A program made the position numbers and the translations under genes. From NCBI GenBank assembly GCA_965197725.1, contig CBDANQ010000041.1:1-16824 (forward strand): 16,824 nucleotides of DNA. The letters are read 5' to 3'. The notes under the pieces were generated by a model. It worked only from the letters and a program-made list of their open reading frames with translations, was not told the origin of the DNA and did not search any database. This document shows positions 10,100 to 16,824 of this stretch, piece by piece; the stretch's first letter is position 1; every line of letters starts with the position of its first letter. Source of the stretch: Longimicrobiales bacterium (GTDB taxonomy: Bacteria > Gemmatimonadota > Gemmatimonadetes > Longimicrobiales > Gaopeijiaceae).

Positions 10100-11541
10100 G
10101 CCGCCTCCGTCACCGAGTCGCCCCCACAGGAGACGCACTTCCCGGGCGCCGAATCGGATCGGAACTCTTCGTCGGGCAGAAGACGGATCGTGGCCTTCAT
10201 GCGCTCCTTCACGGCTTTCTCCACCGCGGCGTCACCACTCCACCCCGTGAAAACGAAGCCGGCGCCGCCCTCGAACGCCTCCTCCATCTCGTCCAGGCTG
10301 TTCACGCCGCGCACGGTGTTCGCTTCTCGGCGCGCCAGCGCCGCCCGCAAGAGCTCGGTCTGGAACGACTCCAGCCGTTCGGGAAGCTCAGCGAGCGCCT
10401 GCGCCTCGGGAAGGAACGCCTTGCGCTTCTCGCCCTCGGGGATCAATCGACGCGCGAGCGCCACCTTCCCCTCGGCGAGGTCCCTGGGCCCGATCTCGAG
10501 CCGGAACGGAACACCCTTTCGTTCCCACTCGAAGTATTTGGCCCCGGGCGAGAGGTGGTCCCTCGCGTCCAGCCGCACGCGAACCCCGCTCTCCTTGAGC
10601 CGGGCCACGATCTCGTCCGCCTTGTCTCGAACCGGCCCGGCATCGTCCCCACGCAGGATCGGTACTACGACGACCTGCGCAGGAGCGAGCCTCGGCGGGA
10701 CAACCAGCCCGTCGTCATCGCCGTGCGTCATCACGAGCCCCCCGATGAGGCGGGTCGAGACACCCCACGAAGTGTTCCACGCGAACTCCTCCTGGCCATC
10801 CTCGGACTGAAACGTGAGCTCGAATTGCTTCGCGAAGTTCTGGCCGAGGAAGTGCGAGGTGCCGGCCTGCAGCGCTTTGTTGTCCTTCATCAGGGCTTCA
10901 CATGCGTAGCTGCGCACCGCCCCGGCGAACTTCTCGGACTCGGACTTGAGACCGGTCATCGGCGGCATCCCGATCCAGTCTTCCATGAATTTCCGATACA
11001 CGCCCAGGATGAGCCGTGTCTCCTCTTCGGCCTCCTCCGCGGTGGCGTGCGCCGTGTGCCCCTCCTGCCACAAGAACTCGGAGGTACGCAGGAACAGCCG
11101 AGTGCGCATCTCCCAGCGCACGACGTTCGCCCACTGGTTCATGAGCAGGGGCAGGTCGCGGTAGCTCTGCACCCATTTGGCGTACATCGCGTAGATGATC
11201 GTCTCGGAGGTGGGGCGAATCACATACGGCTCCTCGAGCTCCTTGCCCCCTGCTCGGGTCACCACCGCGAGTTCGGGGGCGAAGCCTTCCACGTGCTCCT
11301 TCTCGCGCTCGATGAAGCTCATGGGGATCAGGAGCGGGAAGTACGCGTTCTCGTGCCCGGTCTCCTTGAACATGGCGTCCAAGGCGCTTCGCATGTTCTC
11401 CCAGATACCGTAGCCCCACGGTCGAATGACCATGCTACCGCGAACCGGGGAGTGGTCAGCGAGCTCGGCCCTGAGCACGACTTCGTTGTACCACTTCGCG
11501 AAGTCCTCCTGCTGTGATGTCAGCTTTTTATCCTCAGCCAT
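10081..11541 (-). CDS. proS: Proline--tRNA ligase, archaeal/eukaryote-like type (no INS editing domain)
   Basis: EHVEGFAPE, RPTSET, QWANVVRWE, FLRTSEFLWQEGHT, QAGTSHFLGQNF, SWGVSTR, C-terminal ARAY. Likely start is the ATG at 11541 (MAEDKKLT). Confidence 0.96.
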   Translation of the reverse strand: MAEDKKLTSQQEDFAKWYNEVVLRAELADHSPVRGSMVIRPWGYGIWENMRSALDAMFKETGHENAYFPLLIPMSFIEREKEHVEGFAPELAVVTRAGGKELEEPYVIRPTSETIIYAMYAKWVQSYRDLPLLMNQWANVVRWEMRTRLFLRTSEFLWQEGHTAHATAEEAEEETRLILGVYRKFMEDWIGMPPMTGLKSESEKFAGAVRSYACEALMKDNKALQAGTSHFLGQNFAKQFELTFQSEDGQEEFAWNTSWGVSTRLIGGLVMTHGDDDGLVVPPRLAPAQVVVVPILRGDDAGPVRDKADEIVARLKESGVRVRLDARDHLSPGAKYFEWERKGVPFRLEIGPRDLAEGKVALARRLIPEGEKRKAFLPEAQALAELPERLESFQTELLRAALARREANTVRGVNSLDEMEEAFEGGAGFVFTGWSGDAAVEKAVKERMKATIRLLPDEEFRSDSAPGKCVSCGGDSVTEAAWARAY

Positions 11542-11842
11542 CGTCTTCTTCAGGATCGGACTGGGTTTTCCGACGAGCGTCACGCTCGTCCTTTCGCATA
11601 CGCGTGATCGCGATTACACCCGGAACGACGAACAGCAACACGGACATCACCGCCCAGATAGGTCGAAAGCTGAAGCCAACGGTCGGGGCGATCAACCACG
11701 CGACGGCGGCGCCTCCCGCGATCGCCAACACCATCGCGCCGGCGAAGATTACCCATTCGAGAACATGGAGTCGTCGAATCGCGCGAGCAGCGACCTCGTG
11801 CGCCACCTGCGCTTCTCGCTGGATGCGCGCCCGCTCGCTCAC
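11534..11842 (-). CDS. Small two-TM membrane protein of unknown function
   Basis: GTG overlaps the hisS stop (GTGA) and its own stop overlaps the proS start; two hydrophobic segments with charged termini. Confidence 0.8.
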   Translation of the reverse strand: MSERARIQREAQVAHEVAARAIRRLHVLEWVIFAGAMVLAIAGGAAVAWLIAPTVGFSFRPIWAVMSVLLFVVPGVIAITRMRKDERDARRKTQSDPEEDDG

Positions 11843-13122
11843 CCGAGCTCGTCCAACGGGATCTCGCGTTCCTCCCCCGACGCCATGTCCCTCACGAGCA
11901 CGCGGTCACGCGCCAGCTCGTCCGGACCAACGATCAAGACCTCTCGTGCTCCTTCCTTGGCGGCGACCTTCATCTGCTTTCCCACACCCCGTTCGCTGAG
12001 CGGGTACGCTACGGTCTTACCGCTCTCGCGAAGCCGATGCGCGAGCCGCAGAGCATCGGGCCTGTGCTCTTCCGAGATCAACACGAGGAAATAGTCGAGA
12101 GATCGCTCGTAATCCGGTACCAGCCCCCGGTCTGAGAGCAGTTGGCCCAGAACTACGTCACCCATACCGAACCCCACCGCGGGGAGCGCCTCACCCCCCA
12201 CGAGTTCGAGCAGCCGATCGTAGCGTCCCCCTCCACAGATCGCCCGCAGTTCACCCTCGCGATCGAAGAGCTCGAAAACGATGCCGGTGTAATAAGCGAG
12301 CCCGCGCACGATCGTGAGGTCCGCCTCCACGAAATCGCCGAGACCCATCGCTTGGAGCGACGCGACGTACTCGCCCAGCGGCTCCAGCGCCGCGCCCACC
12401 TCGTCGCGGTCCCCGAAGCGGTCCGCGAGCGCCTCGATGCCGGAGTCGTCGAAGAGTCCGAGCACCTGGTCCGCTAGGGAAGGCTCCAGGCCCAGCTCGC
12501 CGGTGAGGTGAGCGCGGGACTGGTCTCTCGGTTGACGCTCGAGCTTGTCCACGAGGGCGAACGTGCCAGGGAGTTGCTCCGCCCCCACGCCCAGTGCCCC
12601 CAACAGCGCGGTCAAGAGCCGCCGGTCGGATACCCGGGCAACGAAGTCGCGGGACGTCAGACCGAGGGCTCGCAACCCGTCGATGCCGAGGGCGACCACC
12701 TCCACGTCCGCGGCGACGCCGGACTCACCGATGATGTCGACGTTCCACTGGAAGTGCTCCTTCAGACGTCCACGCTGCTGCCGCTCGTACCTGAAGAGTT
12801 GAGGGATACTGAACCACCGGATCGGCTTGCTCATGCCACGGCTGCGGTCCCCGAGGATCCGAGCCAAGGAGGGCGTCATTTCGGGGCGAAGCGTCACGTC
12901 GCGGTCGCCCTTGTCGACGAAGTTGTACAACTGCCCGACGATCTCCGGCCCGCTCTTCTCCACGTAAAGATCGAGAGGTTCGAGCGGCGGACCGTCATAC
13001 TCCGAAAAGCCGTAGCGCCGTGAGGTCCGGCGCCACGCTTCGAAAATCAGAGACCGGAGGGCGATGTCTTCCGGAGGAAAGTCGCGAAAGCCGGGAAGTC
13101 TCGAGAAAGCTGAGCTTGCCAT
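11839..13122 (-). CDS. hisS: Histidine--tRNA ligase
   Basis: PGFRDF, LRPEMT, FRYERQQRGRLKEHFQ, VRGLAYYTG, GGGRYD, AVGFGMG, C-terminal anticodon-binding domain. Confidence 0.97.
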   Translation of the reverse strand: MASSAFSRLPGFRDFPPEDIALRSLIFEAWRRTSRRYGFSEYDGPPLEPLDLYVEKSGPEIVGQLYNFVDKGDRDVTLRPEMTPSLARILGDRSRGMSKPIRWFSIPQLFRYERQQRGRLKEHFQWNVDIIGESGVAADVEVVALGIDGLRALGLTSRDFVARVSDRRLLTALLGALGVGAEQLPGTFALVDKLERQPRDQSRAHLTGELGLEPSLADQVLGLFDDSGIEALADRFGDRDEVGAALEPLGEYVASLQAMGLGDFVEADLTIVRGLAYYTGIVFELFDREGELRAICGGGRYDRLLELVGGEALPAVGFGMGDVVLGQLLSDRGLVPDYERSLDYFLVLISEEHRPDALRLAHRLRESGKTVAYPLSERGVGKQMKVAAKEGAREVLIVGPDELARDRVLVRDMASGEEREIPLDELG

Positions 13123-13132
13123 GATGGCGCGG

Positions 13133-13160
13133 AATCTAGCGGGGGGCGAAGAGAGTTCAA
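13133..13160 (-). promoter_or_regulatory. Putative sigma70-type promoter of the hisS operon
   Basis: TTGAAC (13160-13155)-N16-TAGATT (13138-13133), 10 nt upstream of the hisS ATG. Confidence 0.5.
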
Positions 13161-13179
13161 CTAGGCCCGCCGGCGAGAA

Positions 13180-13216
13180 GACCCCGGGCGCCCGTCGGCG
13201 CCCGGGAGTCCCTTTC
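13180..13216. terminator. Putative (bidirectional) intrinsic terminator hairpin
   Basis: Perfect 10-bp stem CCCGGGCGCC-CGTC-GGCGCCCGGG (13183-13206), with short pyrimidine-rich tails downstream on each strand. Confidence 0.55.
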
Positions 13217-13267
13217 CGGGTCCGTCAGATGAGTGCCACGCAGCCTACCCAACACATGGCTTTCTAG

Positions 13268-13308
13268 CCGGTATACGTATGCTTCATATCGTTACATACG
13301 TCTGCCGG
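13268..13308. repeat. AT-rich imperfect palindrome at the core/accessory boundary
   Basis: CCGGTATACGTATG-N13-CATACGTCTGCCGG; 14-bp arms with 12 complementary positions. Confidence 0.75.
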
Positions 13309-13512
13309 TGCGCGCTGTGGGATGCGGGCGATCACCACTCGTTCCACGAAGACGCGTAGCCCGGGGATCTTCAGGTCTCGGTTGCCGCTTTCATCGCTCT
13401 GGAAGCCATTGGCGGGCTTCCCGGGGACGACGTACGCGCGCCTAGCAGCCGCGGTCGCCGACGGGACCCGTTCGAGCATGGTGGCGCTCCGTGAATCGAT
13501 GCACGCTCCGGG

Positions 13513-14169
13513 ATGGCGACCCCGGTGCAACGGCTCCCTCGATACCGACACCACCCGAAGTGTGCACCAGACTGGGCCAGCTCCCGGCACGTCTACCGAC
13601 CGCGCCGGCCCACTGCTACAGCACTCTATCCGGTGGTCCAGTACCATCTCGAGACGTTCCTCGCCCAGGCCACCGAGACCGACCCCATGGGCTATGGTGT
13701 CCCCTCGTGGGTGGAGAAGGACCTAAGCGCGTACCTACGATGCGGCATCCTCGCCCACGGGTTCGCTCGGCTAAAGTGTGAGGACTGCGGCCACGAACGG
13801 CTGCTCGCGTTTTCATGCAAAGGCCGTGGCATCTGCCCCTCATGCAACACACGGCGCATGGCCGAGGTCGCCGCCCACATCACGGATCACGTGCTGCCCC
13901 ACCTTCCCGTCCGCCAGTGGGTGCTGAGCCTGCCGAAGCGGTTGCGTCCCTTCCTGCACCACAACCCAGACATCGCCGGCGCCGTCCTGCAGATGTTCAT
14001 CCGAGCCGTCCGCACCACCCTGTGCCGTACGAGCCCGGGTGCACCCCGCGACGCTCAGCTCGGAGCTCTCACCTTCCTTCACCGTTTCGGCTCCGGCCTC
14101 AACGCGCACTTCCACTTCGTACCAGACTTCGTGTTCGATCAGTCGCTGCCCGACGAGTTCGACCCTTGA
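13513..14169 (+). pseudogene. IS91/ISCR-family (HUH, rolling-circle) transposase, internally deleted
   Basis: Zn-binding domain (YLRCGILAHGF, CEDC, SCKGRGICPSC), RQWVLSLP and HRFGSGLNAHFHF are followed at once by a C-terminal-like PDFVFDQSLP; only 218 aa. Start codon uncertain. Confidence 0.8.
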
Positions 14170-14363
14170 GGGTCCACCTCCCGATGTCTGCCCGGACAAG
14201 CTGAGCCATTCGGCCACACCCTTCCGCCCGTCTGAACATCCTCACGTCCCTCTCCATCATCCGAGCCCTGGCCTCGCCTCGCTCGGCGACCGCTATCGGC
14301 CCGACCCCGCCGCCCATCCTCCGCGTCCCACGACACACCCCGACCTACCCCGCCTCCCCGTCG

Positions 14364-14385
14364 ATAGGCCGGTAGTAGTTCCTAT
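14364..14385 (+). mobile_element. Putative oriIS end of the IS91-like element
   Basis: ATAGGCCGGTAGTAGTTCCTAT about 200 bp after the tnp stop. It resembles the ...TTCCTAT ends I recall for ISCR-like elements and has an ATAGG/CCTAT inverted repeat. Confidence 0.5.
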
Positions 14386-14461
14386 GAAGCTGACCCAGCC
14401 GTAGTTGAAGGTCCCTGAAGAGGGAAAAGAAAAGTGGTGGCTCCGAGGGTGCCCGATCCGA
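14386..14461 (+). mobile_element. Left end of an IS256-like element, separated from its transposase by the IS21
   Basis: GAAGCTGACCCAGCCGTAGTTGAAGG looks like an IS256-type IR (recalled; exact boundary uncertain). GTGGTGGCTCCG (14434-14445) is the exact reverse complement of CGGAGCCACCAC (16593-16604). Confidence 0.6.
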
Positions 14462-14592
14462 TGTTAGCGGCCTTCCAATATTGCACACATGTGGCCATCG
14501 AAAATTGCACACTTGGCGCTTTGACCTAGCGGGCGGGAGAGTGGGGATGTAGGCACCACCCCGAGCGATCTTCCGGCCGATCCACTCACTTG

Positions 14593-14619
14593 GCGCCTCC
14601 ACCGAGAACGTGGAGGTGC
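14593..14619 (+). promoter_or_regulatory. Hairpin sequestering the istA Shine-Dalgarno
   Basis: GCGCCTCCAC-CGAGAAC-GTGGAGGTGC; 10-bp stem with one G-U pair, containing GGAGG just before ATG 14621. Confidence 0.7.
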
Positions 14620-14620
14620 A

Positions 14621-15649
14621 ATGATCGGAAGGGAGAAGCGCGTGCTGCTCCGTCATTACCTCGAGCAGGGGATGAACAAGGCGGTGATCGCCCGGGATCT
14701 GGGGGTCAGTCGCCGTACCGTGTACCACTGGATAGAGACCGGTCAACTGGACCGGGAGTTGGACGAAGAGCGTGTCGGGTACGGTCCGAGATGTCTGATG
14801 CCGTCGAAGCTGGATCCGTACAAGCCGTTGATCGACACGCGTCTCAAGGAGTACCCGAAGCTCACGGCTGTACGGCTCTTCAAGGAGGTCCGGGCCGCTG
14901 GCTACCCGGGCAGTTACAACCAAGTGAAGCGCTATGTACGCAAGGTCCGGCCTCGACCCCCAGAGGAGCCGGTCGTGCGCTTCGAGACGGCGCCTGGGCG
15001 TCAGGGCCAGGTGGACTTCGCCCACTTCCGGCTACCGTGGGGCAAGCGTTACGCACTAATCGTCGTGCTGGGCTACTCGAGGCTGCTGTGGGTTCAGTTC
15101 TACACCCGGCAGACCATGAAGGCCCTGATGCATGGCCTGGAGTCTTCGTTTTCCTACTTCGGCGGCGTGCCCTCAGAGCTTCTGTTCGACCAAATGAAGG
15201 CGGTCGTCATCGAGGACGGTCGATACGACGATGGTGCCCTCGTCGAGAACCCGGAGTTCATGCGCTACGCCTACCACTGGAACTTCAGGATCCGAGCGTG
15301 CCGACCCTATCGGGCTCAGACCAAGGGCAAGGTGGAGCGGCCGATCCGCTACCTCAGGGAGAGCTTCTTCTACGGGCGCACCTTCACGTCGGACGACGAT
15401 CTCAACGCGCAGGCCCTTCATTGGCTTGAGACGGAAGCCAATGTGCGCAGCCACGGAACGCTGAAGGAGCGGCCCCTCGATCGCTTCGAGCGTGAACGAC
15501 TGCTCCTCGAGCCCTTGGCGACTCGCCCGTATCACCCCCTCGTCCTGCCTCCGGATCGCTCCTCACCCGGCACGACGTCCTTGCCGGCCATCCACGTCGA
15601 GCGACGTCCCCTCACGGCCTATGCCCAGATCGCGGGAGGGGACCGATGA
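14621..15649 (+). CDS. istA: IS21-family transposase IstA
   Basis: N-terminal HTH (IARDLGVSRRTVY), RFETAPGRQGQVDF, LGYSR, FGGVP..LLFDQMK, PYRAQTKGKVER (DDE). Confidence 0.96.
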   Translation: MIGREKRVLLRHYLEQGMNKAVIARDLGVSRRTVYHWIETGQLDRELDEERVGYGPRCLMPSKLDPYKPLIDTRLKEYPKLTAVRLFKEVRAAGYPGSYNQVKRYVRKVRPRPPEEPVVRFETAPGRQGQVDFAHFRLPWGKRYALIVVLGYSRLLWVQFYTRQTMKALMHGLESSFSYFGGVPSELLFDQMKAVVIEDGRYDDGALVENPEFMRYAYHWNFRIRACRPYRAQTKGKVERPIRYLRESFFYGRTFTSDDDLNAQALHWLETEANVRSHGTLKERPLDRFERERLLLEPLATRPYHPLVLPPDRSSPGTTSLPAIHVERRPLTAYAQIAGGDR

Positions 15650-16488
15650 AGGCTGCCGCTCGCTCTCGCCGTGACCGGATCCGAGCCCAGCTCGCCGATC
15701 TCAAGATGCCCGGTGCGCTGGAGGCCATCGACGACGTCCTCACCGGGGTCGATGGCGGAGGCGTGACGGCCTCGGAGGCCATCGAGCAACTCCTCGGTGC
15801 CCAGATCACGCTGCGCAACAACCGCCGCCTTCAGGCTGCGATGCGCTCGAGCCGGCTACCGGGCATCAAGACCCTCGACGACTTCGACTTCAGCTTCCAG
15901 CCCTCGATCAAGCGCGAGCAGATCGACTCGCTCCACGAGCTCGGCTTCTTGGAGCGTAAGGAGAACGTGATCTTCCTCGGCCCTCCGGGCGTCGGCAAGA
16001 CGCATCTCGCGATCAGCCTCGCCATTGCCGCGGCTCAGAGCGGGCGCAGAGTCTACTACGGCGCTCTGGCCGACCTCATCACCTCGCTCGAAGAAGCCAA
16101 GACCACCGGCCAGCTGGGACGCCGCCTCAAGATCCTCACCTATCCTTCGCTCCTGGTCATCGACGAGATCGGCTACCTGCCGGTCAGCCAGACCGGCGCA
16201 ATGCTCTTCTTCCAACTCATCAACCGGCGCTATGAGCGCGCATCCACTGTGCTGACCTCCAATAAAGGCTTCGAGGAGTGGGGCCAGATCTTGGGCGACG
16301 AGGTCATGGCCGCTGCGCTCATCGATCGCCTGCTGCATCACTGCCATATCGTCAACATCCGCGGCAGCAGCTACCGGATGCGCAAGCACACCGACCTCTC
16401 CAAGATCCTCCACTCGCCTCCTGCGGAGTCGAGCCCTTCACCCCCGAAGAGAAAGAGAGCAAGAGCAAAGGAGAAAACGACGAACTAG
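15646..16488 (+). CDS. istB: IS21 helper ATPase IstB
   Basis: GPPGVGKTHLA Walker A, LLVIDEIGY Walker B, TSN, DRLLHH, GSSYRM; ATGA overlap with istA. Confidence 0.97.
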   Translation: MKAAARSRRDRIRAQLADLKMPGALEAIDDVLTGVDGGGVTASEAIEQLLGAQITLRNNRRLQAAMRSSRLPGIKTLDDFDFSFQPSIKREQIDSLHELGFLERKENVIFLGPPGVGKTHLAISLAIAAAQSGRRVYYGALADLITSLEEAKTTGQLGRRLKILTYPSLLVIDEIGYLPVSQTGAMLFFQLINRRYERASTVLTSNKGFEEWGQILGDEVMAAALIDRLLHHCHIVNIRGSSYRMRKHTDLSKILHSPPAESSPSPPKRKRARAKEKTTN

Positions 16489-16605
16489 AGGCTCGTCACC
16501 TCCGCCAAGTGTGCAATTTTCGATGGCCAGACCTGTGCAGCTTTCGATGGCCGTTGACACCGATAGGATCGGGTGCGCTAAAAACCCAAAAACGGAGCCA
16601 CCACG

Positions 16606-16824
16606 ATGAAGAGAACGTACGAAGTAGCGAGTGACACGGACAGGCGTGCGATGGCTGAGTTCGTGAAGCGAGAAGGCCAGTTCCTGCTGCCGATGGTCGA
16701 GCTCGTAGAGCACACGGAGCTCGCGATCGACGAAGTCGTCCAGGTGATGGGCCGAGCGACGATCGAGGCGGTACTCGAGATGAGCGCCGAAGGTGTGGCG
16801 GGCCCGAAGCAATCGGGCAAGGCA
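16606..16824 (+). CDS. N-terminus of a probable IS256-family transposase (runs off the right edge); not in the ORF track
   Basis: GGAG then ATG 16606; open 73 codons MKRTYEVASDTDRRAMAEFVKREGQFLLPMVELVEHTELAIDEVVQVMGRATIEAVLEMSAEGVAGPKQSGKA. GQxLLPxVEL and LxxSAExVAG are recalled from IS256-family N-termini; the catalytic domain is not visible. Confidence 0.7.
   Translation, partial: MKRTYEVASDTDRRAMAEFVKREGQFLLPMVELVEHTELAIDEVVQVMGRATIEAVLEMSAEGVAGPKQSGKA

Larger units (their letters stand above)
14462..16559 (+). mobile_element. Complete IS21-family insertion sequence (2098 bp)
   Basis: TG...CA termini; 57-bp imperfect IRs (14462-14518, 16503-16559), each with two GGCC...TGCACA sub-repeats; inner 27 bp identical; CCGA direct repeat at 14458-14461 and 16560-16563. 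Confidence 0.95.

Noticed and set aside
10081..11541. Archaeal/eukaryote-type ProRS as evidence of recent horizontal transfer
   Set aside because: This type is widespread in several bacterial phyla, and here it is embedded in a core operon with matching composition.
44..13023. Many long antisense/alternate-frame ORFs (e.g. 44-748, 1132-2115, 3320-4573, 10000-11517)
   Set aside because: They are shadows of clearly identified genes in high-GC DNA and show no recognisable motifs.
13165..13270. tRNA or attB integration site at the island border
   Set aside because: No cloverleaf, T-loop or CCA-end remnant is visible.
14462..14518. Short repeats resembling a mini-CRISPR or iterons
   Set aside because: They are the standard IS21 terminal transposase-binding sub-repeats, mirrored at 16503-16559.
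14621..15649. IstA is short (342 aa), so possibly truncated
   Set aside because: IS100-like IstA proteins are about this size, and the DDE motifs, the ATGA coupling to istB and both IRs are intact.
16440..16488. NLS-like basic tail PPKRKRARAK on IstB
   Set aside because: Variable basic tails are unremarkable in bacterial IS proteins, and nothing supports eukaryotic targeting.
16554..16585. Hybrid promoter from the IS21 TTGACA driving the downstream transposase
   Set aside because: The -10 candidates are poorly spaced (TAGGAT at 4 bp, TAAAAA at 19 bp), so it is not supported as a feature.

Overview
GC-rich bacterial window; the gene content suggests a Gemmatimonadota-like organism, but this is inference only. 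Bases 1-13.2 kb are mostly core genome. On the minus strand are a tightly overlapping hisS-membrane protein-proS-lysA-guaA operon, clpB, a lipoprotein, and trxA-rsmI-DUF4159-(partial membrane protein). On the plus strand are mce and two uncharacterised exported proteins. Bases 13.2-16.8 kb hold three mobile elements: an IS91/ISCR-like element whose transposase appears internally deleted, an IS256-like element starting at its apparent oriIS end, and a complete 2098-bp IS21 (istA-istB, 57-bp IRs, 4-bp CCGA target duplication). The IS21 sits in the tip of the hairpin that would sequester the IS256 transposase RBS. Other points of interest are a 16-bp tandem duplication over the clpB start codon just downstream of a sigma54-type -24/-12 motif, and a secreted protein with three HxGHV repeats (candidate multi-metal binder). 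I saw no tRNA, rRNA or CRISPR array, and no clearly new multi-gene system can be established from the sequence alone.
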